Shown: positions 12,271 to 23,768 of the stretch, in pieces
Layout: each line of letters begins with the position of its first letter
How positions within the stretch are numbered: the first letter of the stretch is position 1
Notes under the pieces: generated by a model
Seen by the model: the letters and a program-made list of their open reading frames with translations, nothing else
What the model was told of the DNA's origin: nothing
The model's database searches: none
Assembly: GCA_951406725.2 (NCBI GenBank)
Contig: OX597821.1
Coordinates: forward strand, 71,114,001-71,178,000
Origin: Octopus vulgaris
Lineage: Eukaryota
Direction: 5' to 3'
Length of the DNA: 64,000 nt
Translations under genes and position numbers: made by a program

Positions 12271-14319
12271 ACACAAATTTGTTCAACAAAAACAAAACAA
12301 TGTTCAGTCAATCTCATTTAATAGAAATAAATGACTCAAATCCAGAAATGTATTGATCTTGATAATTAATTAATTACTATTCCTTCATTATATATCAGTC
12401 AGCTTTTAATTGAATCCAAGACATTTGTTTCGATTTTGTAATTTTAGTTTTTAAAGAGAATTCTGAATGATAAAGAAAGAAACGGACACAAAATGCAAGT
12501 CATGGGACTTCAATTCTTGGAATACTCGTTAAATATTTTGGTTAATTCAGATTTACCAGGAAAATAAAAATGAGATCTTTTTGAAGTTGTAAGATGGCTG
12601 CAAAGATTGATGGAAAGAAAATGAAATTTTATTGCACAGTTGAGAGGGTCAGGGTGTTCCAAAGAATTGGACGAAGGTAATTAAAATGTTGAGTCAGAAT
12701 CACAAGGTCCTGATTCCGTGTTTTATGTCTGATTCCGTTAATTACACATTGACTCATTAGAACAGGATTTGTTGGGGTCTTTTTCATTTGTTTATTTTTC
12801 TTTCACTGACAATTTTTTTATAAATTGGTTATCATTTTTTCGAAAATAAAAATAGAGGTTTATCTTTAAAACAAATTGACAAAACAAACAAGAAAAAGAT
12901 GGGGAAAAAAATGATAAACAATGTTACAGCTTATAAAAGACATAACCAGACATTTATAAGATAATATTTATATATTTAAAGCAAAATAAAATTATCAAAG
13001 ATATGCCAGTTTGTAAGGGAAACAAAAAAAAATAAATAAACTATGTATTTGAAAGACATGTTATAATACTTTTTGAGCCAACAGTTAATCATTCCGATGG
13101 CAAATGATGAGAAACTGGGCAAAAGAAGAATAATATCTTGAAGGTTCCAATCTTACTACAGTCAAGTGATTTCTTGGAATATGGTGAGAATTACTTGAGG
13201 ATGAGTTTGAAAAATGGTCACACCACGATGGAATTTCAGCACAAACTGATGGAATATTGATGAAATAGTGAAGAACAACAGTGTCAGGTAAAAGTGGATG
13301 AAAGCAATGATATTAAAATTGGGGCTAACAATAGTGGAGAATGTTAAGCGTTGAACTTGTCTTTCTTGAATTATTGGAACAAAAGTTTTTGAAAAGGTAA
13401 ATCGGAAATTTCCTCAAAACTATTTTGAACATTGATAATTCCAAAGCATCATTTAACATACATTTTCCCATGCTTCCATGGATCAGAGAGAATTTAGTGA
13501 GAGAGTTCTTTCTTTTTACAGTCAGATGCTTTTCCTGTCACCAACTCTTGCCTGTCTCTAAGCAAGGTAATATTTTCGCATGGCCAGACACGTTTTCCAC
13601 AAAACACCAGAAACAACACTGCTTGCATGACGGTGATGATCGTTTACAACTACATTATGTTGAAACCTGCTGGCACTCAAACACATACACAGATATGTGT
13701 ATATCTATAACAGGCTTTTCTTCAGCTTCTGCCCTTCAACTCCACCCACAAAGCTTTGATCAGTATGGGACTATAGCAGAAGGCACCTGTCCAATGGACT
13801 GTAGAGTAGAACTGAACCGATGACCACATGATTGGGAAGCAAGCTTCTTAACCACATAACCACACCTGCACCTCTGAAAGTGCCAAAGAAATTTTTTATC
13901 AGAATATATTTTTAGCTTCATCATCATCATTGTTTAACGACCGCTTTCCATGCTGGCATGGGTTGGACGGTTCGACTGAGGACTGGCAAACCAGGAGGCT
14001 GCACCAGGCTCCAATCGGATCTGGCAGTGTTTCTACAGCTGGATGCCTTTCCTAATGCCAACCACTCCGTGAGTGTTGTGGGTGCTTTTACGTGCCACCA
14101 GCACAGGGGCCAGAGGGGGCTGGCATCGACCATGTTCCCCTATTTTACTAACCTTATATTTAACATTAAACACTTTGAGAAACTATTTCTTACAATTTAC
14201 AAGTGTCAGGTTTCATACAAGACAAGAAACAACTGCACCACAATAACATGTCTCTTCTTCATATTTATGGACTCGAGTCTGACTTTATTTAATTTTAATA
14301 CTTATTAAATACTATATTG

Positions 14320-14595
14320 GTGGAGGCAGATGGCCTAGTGGCTAGAGCAGCGGTTGAGGGATTGCAAGTTTGAATCTCAGACTGGGCAATGTATGTTTAT
14401 GAGCGAAACTCTGGCAGAAGGTAATGGCAAACTTCTGCTGACTCTTTCGCCACAACTTTTCTCACTCTTTTCTCTTGCATCTAGCAGCTCACCTACGACG
14501 GACTGGCACCCCATCCAGGTGGGGAACCTATACGCCAATGAGACCAGGAAACCGGTCCTCATGAGCCAGGCATGGCTCAAGAAGGAAAAAACAAT
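14320..14595 (+). mobile_element. tRNA-derived SINE
   Basis: A-box-like tggcctagtgg, decayed B-box gtttgaatctc, and an A-rich 3' tail. Confidence 0.6.
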
Positions 14596-16601
14596 AAATA
14601 CTATATTATGTCACATCAGTAAACTGCTATTAACATGTGAACAGCAAGAATTGAAATGGTATTTGTATGTATTAATGAATCCAGTGCATAAGGAACAAAT
14701 AACTTTTGTCAAGAAGTTGTTCTCCTGTGACAAACACAACAGCATTTAGCATATTTGCATGTGAATCTGGTGGAACAAGAATAAATACGCAAGTCATCAT
14801 TCAGATTTCCACTGTTCACCATGCAAACAACAATTTATTTATCAAGTGGCAGATAACAACACTAATCAGTGAAGAGTTTGTTCACTAAAATCAGACGAGG
14901 CCATCAGCTCTTGTTGGATTCATTAATCTGGGTGATTCTTGTTGATGAGACATGTCAAAACGTGTCAGAATCCCTTGAGCTAATGAAGCAAATGTGTTTG
15001 TGAAGACAGTCATAAAGGAGAAGTTACAGTTCTGTGACATACGCAACAGCAATTAACCTACTTGTATTTAAATCCGTCAATGTATTAAGGAAAAATAATG
15101 CTAGTCACCATTAGATACGTAAATATGGACAGAAAGCAGCTGGAAAACCAGTCAGTGCTATTCTCCCAGCAGCATCCCGTAAATAAAAGTTTAGTTTAGA
15201 TTTGGCTAAGAACGATTCCAGTCTTATGGAGTTCCTACTTTTGCAACCACCTGTGTTTGTCTTCTTAATCAGCTTATTTAATTAACTACATCACCTGGTA
15301 CATCAGATACAAAATATATGGAAATGTTTCTAATCAACCAGTGTCTGGCCAACCATTCCAAAGTCCCTGGATCACCAAATGACCTGGTGAAGATATGCAA
15401 AATCCATTCTTCACCCAATATCTCAGCTTTAGTCAAGATTCCGCCAACAATTCTCAATTTCTGTTTTCGACTGGCTTCATTTCTCAACCTTACATTTCTC
15501 TTTTGCTCTATTAGCTTTATATATGCTTTCAAAATAAAATTATTTTTACTGATTTTGAAGATTTCACTTCTGATATTTCAAGAATTTCAAATTTGAAAAC
15601 TTCAACCAAAATGATGGAAAAAGAGAGATGAAATTAAATTTTGATTATTTTGTAATCAAAGGTTCCATTGTTTGAAACAGAAATCTGAAAGGTATTTTCA
15701 AAAAAATAATCAAATAAAAATTTCGAGTTTTACCTATTTTGAAGCATTTCAAGTTATTGTTGTTGGTTCCAATTTTAGTAGCACTGCTGTCATCCACTTT
15801 TGCCCTCCCCCCCCTTATGTCATAGATTACAATCAGATGATGAGTAATTAAGGAAGAAATATAATCCACAGTATGAATAAATGGCAAACAAAAAAATGGA
15901 ACTAGTTAAATTGGAAAGATCTAGATGGAATGTATAGGAGAACACTGCTTAAAAGCATCATGTTGGCCAAAAAAAGGCACAGAAACAACTTAAAGTTACA
16001 AAAAAAAAAACAGTAAAAAGGTAATCTGCAGAGACTTAAATTAGTTTTCCTTGAGCATTTGACAGTCCTTGATAGAGGCAAAGTTCTTTACTCAAAATGG
16101 AAGGAGTCAGAAGGTGAATTCTTTTGAAAAATAAGTTTTTCAGTCAAAATAAAATCTTTTTTTTTATATATCTATTTGCAACATTCAACTAACTCCCAAG
16201 TTACATACTAACATCTATTCTTGTAACCTTAACTTTCTTACTTATTTCAACAACATATAAATCACAGTATTTCCATGCAAAATAATATTCCTTCACTTAA
16301 TCAGAGAAAAATAATTAAGCTACATTATTATTTTCAGCAAAAAAAAAAAAAAAAAAATGTTACATAATGTCTAACTTACAAAAGAGGCTAAGTGAATGAT
16401 TACTTGTCTAAATATACACCTTAGTTATAATATAAATATATACCCTAGTTATTTCTGTTATGACAGGAAATTCAAGACAACAATTTCATAATTTCAACAA
16501 ATATTCACAGAACATCAGTGTCAGCTATTTTGATTGGGACTTTTTCAATGAAATACATTTGAGCTGCAATACAAAATTGATAAAGCTGTACCAAAACTGT
16601 G

Positions 16602-17750
16602 TCACAACACATGAATATTTTCAAAATTATCCACTGTAAATGTAGTTGTTTTCCATTGTAAACCATTTCCTGGAGGCTTGTGTCGTGATGGAAAGAGAAT
16701 GTGACGCCAGAATGTCCTACCTTCAGTCAGGCCAAAGAATAACTTCCAGTTCTGGACAAAACCAAAATCATAAGGGTTCACATATGTCTGTCCAAGTTTT
16801 TTAAGCCTTTTCCTTTCATTTTTGTTGATGTGAACTTCAATACTAGTCTCACCACGACTTACAAGGCGTGCATGCCACAAAGAGAGAATAAACAGAGCTA
16901 TAACACAACCAAACCCCAGGAAAAACACAAAAATTACAGAATGATGATAAATCTGATCTGATAATGTGAGCTGGTTGAAAGATTGAGTAGGAGGAGTTCG
17001 TTTCACAGAAGTGCCATTAGAGATAGCTATGTATGTGTAGCTTTTGTTTTTAGACATCCAAAACTGGTAGGCCATATTAAGGGGATAAAGTACTCCGTGA
17101 AATACGACTTCTTTGCCGACATAAAAATTATCGTAGAATAATGGATAGAAAAGAACACATGCATAGAGACAGCCGGACATCATGTAGACCATATAAAGAA
17201 AGAAATAACGGTGATTGTAGAAGCCAACACAGTTGTTGAGCCAAGGGCAGTGATGGTCCATTCGAAGAACACACTTCTTACAAACGCTGCAATGATGGGC
17301 CCGGGGTGGTTTCGGTGAAATACAACGTTTGCAGATGGACACCACTTCGGGAACAATCTGAGGTGGGTGGCCTGGATTCGTGCGACAGCCCATCACATAA
17401 TTGAATACTGTGTTAACCAACAACCAATTTCCAAACATGAAATTCGGTAGGAACCAGTGCCAACCATAAGAAAGGTACCGAGGTATCATAATCACATAAA
17501 ATATAACAAGACCAATGCTACACAACGCAAAAACAATAAACATCAGAATGGGTCCCATGTATTTGGCGAAGTGGTCCACGATCCAAAAAACTGGTTCCAA
17601 ACCAGTCTCTAGAATTAGACTGGGAGAGGTGAACGCGTTGTAACAGAGGCTGAAGTACATTAATTTGATGAGATCGCAAGTGGTGTTGAGAGACAGACGT
17701 AGGTTGCTCGCCCATTGGCAAACATTGATTCGCCAACGTAAGATTTTCAT
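16602..17750 (-). CDS. ZDHHC16: Palmitoyltransferase ZDHHC16 (DHHC-CRD), 382 aa, single coding exon
   Basis: Uninterrupted ORF with CKRCISPKPPRAHHCSVCKKCVLRMDHHCPWLNNCVGFYNHRYF and four hydrophobic segments. RGETSIEVHINKNER, NPYDFG..NWK and LFPSRHKPPGNGLQW C-terminal motifs match the ZDHHC16 subfamily. Confidence 0.95.
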   Translation of the reverse strand: MKILRWRINVCQWASNLRLSLNTTCDLIKLMYFSLCYNAFTSPSLILETGLEPVFWIVDHFAKYMGPILMFIVFALCSIGLVIFYVIMIPRYLSYGWHWFLPNFMFGNWLLVNTVFNYVMGCRTNPGHPPQIVPEVVSICKRCISPKPPRAHHCSVCKKCVLRMDHHCPWLNNCVGFYNHRYFFLYMVYMMSGCLYACVLFYPLFYDNFYVGKEVVFHGVLYPLNMAYQFWMSKNKSYTYIAISNGTSVKRTPPTQSFNQLTLSDQIYHHSVIFVFFLGFGCVIALFILSLWHARLVSRGETSIEVHINKNERKRLKKLGQTYVNPYDFGFVQNWKLFFGLTEGRTFWRHILFPSRHKPPGNGLQWKTTTFTVDNFENIHVL

Positions 17751-18169
17751 ATTTCAACGATACGTTCACACTTACAAAATAATCCAGATGAAACTTTCAT
17801 GACTTTACACAAAGTTTAGTGATCGACATTTCCGTACTTTTTCGTTAAATTTGCTGTGTCGATGCTTTTCTTTTTTCTTTTTAAATTTTTTCATTCAATT
17901 ATTATGAATCTTTTTAAGTTTGTCCATGTTCATATTTAGTGCAGACGTTCTCCAATAGCTATTTTTCTTTTTCATAATTATTCTATAAAGTTTTAAATAA
18001 ATATTTTTTTTTTCTTCTCTTCAATGAAACAAACAAATCTCATTCTTCATTCTTGTAATTCCGATTTCCCAATTAACACCATAAAAATAGAAATCCTCAT
18101 TTAGACAGCACGAATTACAAGAGTTACAAATCATTTCACAATACATTCCCAAACTTGGATTGTTTCAAC
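17751..18169 (-). other. Probable 5'UTR part of the ZDHHC16 coding exon, bounded by a splice acceptor
   Basis: Minus strand agtattttcag|gttgaaac at 18170/18169. Candidate upstream donors: gtgagt at 18263, ag|gtaaga at 19179, ag|gtgagt at 20623. No transcript data. Confidence 0.5.
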
Positions 18170-18443
18170 CTGAAAATACTTAATAAATCCTTTTTCTTCT
18201 GATTTTTTGGGAAGAATTTGAAGTTTTTTTAGGTTTGAACAGCTTGCATGAAAGTATACTCACACAGACATGTGAATTTCTGAAAGAAATCCTTCAAAGC
18301 GTGTTAGTGTCTCATTACATCCTTTAAGGATATATATCTATGCTGCTCGCTTCCCCGTTCGGTCCGAAAGAAGAACATTTTTTAAGGAATTCTTTCTCTC
18401 AGAAAAGTCCCAACCTGGAAGCAGCCATTCAGCCCGACACCCT

Positions 18444-18456
18444 CGCCCTCTACCGG
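18444..18456 (-). promoter_or_regulatory. CTCF-like core motif in a small GC island
   Basis: Minus strand CCGGTAGAGGGCG fits the CCRSYAGRKGGCR CTCF core. Confidence 0.4.
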
Positions 18457-18528
18457 CGGCCAGCGGAACAGGGGAAATAACTCTCACACTCCCAGCAACA
18501 AGGTAGTCGTTATTGGAACAACCGGTGG

Positions 18529-18697
18529 GGGTTCTACTAGCGAACAGTGGTCCCAGTGCGCGCACTCGCGCTAGCTAGTCGTAAGTAGTCGATCCTAAAC
18601 AAACTAAGGTTAGGGTTAAAAAGTCGTTGTAGGTTCGACTACTTACGACTAGCTAGCGCGAGTGCGCGCACTGGGACCACTATTCGCTCGTAGACCC
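18529..18697. mobile_element. Mutator-like foldback MITE with central GGTTAGGGTTA
   Basis: ~70-bp inverted arms (..gtggtcccagtgcgcgcactcgcgctagctagtcgtaagtagtcga..). Imperfect 9-bp TSD aaccggtgg / gaccggtgt. Confidence 0.75.
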
Positions 18698-19761
18698 GAC
18701 CGGTGTAATAGGAAATTGGTGACAAAGGCATAACATCGTATCTAATGGCCAGCTCGCTCGTGTAAACAGAATATATCTCCCACATGAATTTGCAACCAGC
18801 TTTTAATTAGTGCTAGCTGTCACTAATACTGACCCATGAGAAAAGCATGAATATCATGTAATTTCAGTCAGGATCAGCGTTAGGGTAATAAAAAAGGTTT
18901 TATGCTTGTCAATGAGATTAAACTTAGTGCATGCTGCTTTTTACAAGTGGAAAAGATAAACAGATGACTAAAAGCAATTTAATAACTTTGTTGCGTAAAT
19001 ATAAAACGAATTATGAATTGATAACTTGAAACTATATATTTTGAAGTACTGAAGTTGATTTTTTCTTTTTTTAAATAAAACTTTGTATAAATATTAAATG
19101 AAATATCCCGATTAGATTGTACAAATTTTTGTAACTGAATAAACAGACGGACATGAAATATGAGGACAATAATTCTTACCTTTATTCTTGTAGCTATTTG
19201 TTAAGCAAGTTGTTATAGCGGCTAAATTTTCTATTTGGAACTGGTATTAAAAGCAGAGCAGACAAATAGCGAAGAGAGGGAGAGAGAGAGACCCTGCGTA
19301 AATGGGAAGAAACCGTTAAGGGTAGGTAACTGTTAATAGCAGCTCCGTTAATTGCCCGTCCATGACTATCACACGGACTTTAATAGCAATGAACAGCCCT
19401 TGTAAGTTAAGGATTGTGTGGGATTCATACATTCCTATTAATTCATGATATTACTAAAATAATAAAATAAAAAAAGGGGATTGGAAGACTTTCCAAATAG
19501 TTGTGACACGTTATTGGAAGTTTTCCTGTTCTTTTAGGATTTTACCACATTTCATATTACTTTGTATTTCAGAACACTGATGGCCAGTGGATGTTTTGAA
19601 AACACATTTTTTTGTTAATCCTGTTTTTCAAAACGTCTGCCCACCTGTCTCATTAGAAAAATACGAAGATTACGATTCTTATAAAAATCGGTTTGTAAAA
19701 TTTCAGTTTTTTCAAATATATATATATAGACATATATATATATATACACACACATATATCG

Positions 19762-19909
19762 TAGAGGGCATTATTACACATAGATGCCACACACTAGGGG
19801 GGACTCTTAAAGTCAAAACTACTAAAATAAATAAACACATTTATTTTAGTAGTTTTGACTTTAAGAGTCCCTCCTAGCGTGTGGCATCTATGTGTAATAG
19901 TGCCCTCTA
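19762..19909. mobile_element. Near-perfect foldback MITE (~70-bp arms, ~6-nt loop)
   Basis: tagagggcattattacacatagatgccacac..aaaataaat / atttattttag..gtgtggcatctatgtgtaatagtgccctcta, in a TA-rich context. Confidence 0.8.
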
Positions 19910-20025
19910 TATAATATAAATAGATAAATTTAAAGGAAAGAAATGATGGGGTTTTTTTTTCTCTTATGAGGTTTTTCACGCTAACTACTTGATAAATTCT
20001 TATGAAGATTTTATCCTATTTTTAA

Positions 20026-20068
<43 letters not shown>

Positions 20069-20112
20069 GTGTGTGTGTGTTAGAAGGTTTGGAGATGATG
20101 TACAGGTATTAT

Positions 20113-20477
20113 ATATTAGAAAAAATGCGGTACTCAGAATTGGTATAAACAGTGGCATAAATATCAACATAATTATTTCTTCCTCTCTTTCTTCCCTTCT
20201 CCAGCGACACCCCTTCCAGATACACAGGGACCCACACACACATGCGCGCTCTCTCTCACTTTGTCCCCATTTCTCACCCTCTTGTACTATCTTATATCTT
20301 TCCCCACCTCTACACACTCAATAATTCTATAAAAAGAGACAAAATTCCTGCAAAAGTTCAATTTGAAAACTCCACTAAAGTGGACGAAAGCGCTTATATA
20401 TGATTAATAAAAACATGTAACATACTAATAAATATCTGTAAATATAAAACCATCCAAATTTCTGAGTACCTCATTTC

Positions 20478-20486
<9 letters not shown>
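20113..20486. mobile_element. Possible TIR element abutting a (TA)n tract
   Basis: Inverted ends tattagaaaaaatgcggtactcagaa / ttctgagtacctcatttcttctaata. Confidence 0.5.
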
Positions 20487-20534
<48 letters not shown>

Positions 20535-21625
20535 TCAGGCCTTCAAGCAGGCTATCCACATGCTAGAAATAACAGCCAAATCTCACAAAATCTGCGATAA
20601 CATAATGCAATCAATCTACTCACCTTTTTACAAAGATTTCTTTCAAAGCAATTTCCCGCAGTAATATCACAAAGTAATTCACGTGAAATTAAAATGGGTT
20701 TTTTTTCTCAAACTTTCTTTTCTAAACTTTTTTAAAAACTTTTTTAGAATTTTTTTTTCATCAATCCACGCGGGAAAATACGGAGATTAAAGATATGGAA
20801 AAAAATAAACAAATTAAAATTTATTTTCAATATTTTTTTTTTAAATTTCCTGGAAGGTTAAAAATAAGGAGGAGTGAGGAGGTGAGGGTAATTGAAATAT
20901 TGAAAATATGAATTTTTGAAAAAATGTTTTTCAGAATCGGATCCTCCATAACCAAAAACATGGGATTCCATTAAAAAAAAAATCAATATATATATCAATT
21001 TTACCGGAAATTATGACGGAAAAATCGGATCTTGTGAATTTTCCGAAAGTCCCCTCCTCCCTTATCAGGGTCGTCAGCGCGCATTTTTTCTTTTTTTCAC
21101 ATTCGTTTTCCACATACTTGTTAACATCCCCCAGGTTGGTTAATCTTTTTTTTGTTATTTTTCGCGGGTGAGGACTTTTATTATATTGACCAGGATGATT
21201 TTAAAATCCCAGTCTACAGTAAAATGCAATTCGACAGGAAAAAAATAATAAAAATGGATGAAGCAAGCTTCGACGAAGTAACAATTGACGCAAAATTGTT
21301 TTACTTTTCTCTCAACTCCCCCCCCCCCTCATTCTCCTCTGCAGAAGCCTCCAAGTCAGACTTTCATGAATGAGATAATTATATTTTTGTTTTTTTATAG
21401 GAATTAAGCTAGAATATCGCGGGCCCTTTCTCAGTCTGTTACTTTGCGTGCCCCCAACTAAACTAGTATAACTAAATCTTGTATAAGACGCACAATTTTA
21501 TATCTGGTTTTTAACTGAAATAACTGGGATAGGGCAAAACTAAACTATGAAAGGAAACAATTTTGTATCAAGATTTAACACTAAATTAAGGGCGCAACAT
21601 ACGGGTAAATACGGTAAATTTAACG

Positions 21626-21898
21626 GGTACTACTTAAGAAGAGTGGTCCCGGTGCGCGCACTCACGCATCCGCGCTAGCTAGTCGTGACTAGTCGATCCT
21701 AGAACGACTTTGTTAGGAACAAAGTAAATAAAACACAAAATAAATAAGTAATTTTTTTTACACAAAGTAAATAATTTTTATAAACAAAGTAAATAAAACA
21801 CAAAACCACAGAGTAAGGATCGACTAATCACGACTAGCTAGCGTGGATGCGCGAGTACGTGAGTGCGCGCACCGGGACCTCTCTTCTTAAATAGTACC
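21626..21898. mobile_element. Mutator-like MITE related to the 18.5-kb copy
   Basis: TIRs ggtactacttaagaagagtggtcccggtgcgcgcactc / gagtgcgcgcaccgggacctctcttcttaaatagtacc. Perfect 9-bp TSD aatttaacg at 21617-21625 and 21899-21907. Confidence 0.88.
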
Positions 21899-21933
21899 AA
21901 TTTAACGAATACAACATAAAACAAAAGTCAAAA

Positions 21934-22110
21934 CTATTGAAAAGGTTGCAAGACGCAACGAAAATTTTAGGAAAATAAAAATAAGAAAAAAGTGGAAATT
22001 TTACCGGTGAGTGTATTACATTATAAGGCACAAAAAGAAAATGATTCTCCCCAGACAACAGAAAATGCTTCAACACACGAACTCACATAAAGAATCTTGC
22101 AAACCAAATC
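21934..22110. repeat. ~175-bp interspersed repeat; inverted copy at ~40332-40508
   Basis: gaaaaggttgcaagacgcaacgaaaattttag..cacgaactcacataaagaatcttgcaaac is the reverse complement of the segment just upstream of TRNAU1AP exon 7. Confidence 0.8.
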
Positions 22111-22603
22111 CCAAAACGAAACCTAAAACGACTGGATTTGTTCTTCCTGCTGTGAGAGACGAGGTGAAGGCGGATAAAATATTTTCGGCCGCTTTTTTAT
22201 CTGCGACACCGGTTCAACTGAAATGCCGACAGTTTCATGTCGTAAAGAATCTTTAAAGAAATTATTTCAAGATTTTTAATCTATTTAAGGATTAATATTT
22301 ATAAAAGTCGTTTTGTTTAGAGGATTGATAGCCAAATATTGATTGAATTATTTGAATATAGTTCTTGTTATTGTTGTATGAATTGCTTTTTGACGTTCAT
22401 CAATTCTTGTTCAATTTCGATTCTCTCCACGTGTTTCGCCAAAAAGACAAAAAATTCCAAGGATTTTTCTGTTGCATCTTCTGTTGCAAGTGCTTCTTCT
22501 TCATCTGAAGACTTCCACACTAGAAATTAAAAACGAATTGTTCTGCTTATATTGCTGAAATCCTTTCCTGAAGAACTCCAGTAAAAAGTTTCTCTTTGAG
22601 ACG

Positions 22604-22642
22604 ATGTCTGCGACTGGAACCTCAACTCTTTGGATGGGAGAC
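22604..22642 (+). CDS. TRNAU1AP: TRNAU1AP exon 1 ([13 protein letters not shown])
   Basis: ATG at 22604, donor gac|gtaagt. Confidence 0.9.
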
Positions 22643-23495
22643 GTAAGTAATTAGTTTATTTCAGCCTCCTCTAATTACTGCATTTCTTGGTCAAAATACA
22701 GTGAAAATCAACCTCGTAATTGATAAAGAATACAAACAAAACAATGTTTTCGAAATCCTTTTAACCAATTTCCCTATTTTTCTGTTGTCTGGGATTCCGT
22801 TGTGCTGTTCCTTTGTTTGTTTTGATATAAAATTGTTTAAAATTCCTGTTATTTTAGCTGTTGTGTGGGAAATTAAAGATCCGACGGGGAAATAATATCA
22901 ATAATTATGATATGTTTGGAGAAAGCGAGTAAAATACATTCTATTTCGTTTTTAATATGTCCAACTATTACAAAACATGTCATTGTTTATCGTTTTAATT
23001 CTAACAAACGTTTTGGATTGCTTTTCTCGAATTAAAAAATATAAATGGGGAAAAAAATCCGGTTTGTTTCAATTAAAAGCTGATATAAAGTTCCTTTTTG
23101 TATTTCAACTTCTGTAAAAATGATTTTTGCTTCAATATTCTACGATTATTTTTCAAAACATTTTTTAAGTCGTAGTTTAACTTCAGATCACTCATTAATC
23201 TCGAACAAACAAACAAAATTGAAGACATTTAATCACAAGCATCTCATCTTATTGATTCTATAGGACTACAGCCCCCCCACTCTCTCGACATACTTACAAG
23301 AGTGTACTTTGTTTCCTCATAACTTTGAGAAAAAGTTTCGGAAATAATCGGGAATCTACACCAAGTGAAAGGTATTTGTGGAAAATGTACTTAAATGTAT
23401 CCATTTTTCTGAAAGTAATGAGGAAACAAAGCCTGGTGACGGGAGACACATTTGCGTAGGTATGCTTAAACATATATATATATATATATATACAT

Positions 23496-23546
<51 letters not shown>

Positions 23547-23730
23547 TCAGAGTTTTGTCAGTGAACAGGTCGCGGTCTCAAAGCGACGAAAATATTTTGA
23601 CAAATTAAATCTAAATGTTGAAGTGAATCTAACGGTTTTTGTGTGTTAAACACCTTACACGCTGCAATTGTTTTCGTTCCAGCACGCGATCTCAGATCAG
23701 ATCACTTGCTATGCAAGTACATCTCCGTAA

Positions 23731-23768
<38 letters not shown>

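Larger units (their letters stand above)
20600..22600. promoter_or_regulatory. Putative bidirectional promoter / first-exon zone between ZDHHC16(/ZNG1) and TRNAU1AP
   Basis: Divergent genes on either side, CpG retained relative to the introns, E2F-like motifs (cgcgggaaaa ~20769, ttttcgcggg ~21159), and a strong minus-strand donor at 20623. TSSs cannot be determined from sequence. Confidence 0.55.

Noticed and set aside
14320-14400. tRNA-like A/B boxes here and in other SINE heads
   Set aside because: No complete cloverleaf, and they continue into SINE bodies.
15278-15596. Overlapping 84/92-aa ORFs in unique sequence
   Set aside because: No recognisable domain or convincing splice sites; more likely UTR or intron.
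18600-18620. TTAGGG motif as telomere or telomerase RNA template
   Set aside because: Under two units, located in the spacer of a TSD-flanked MITE.
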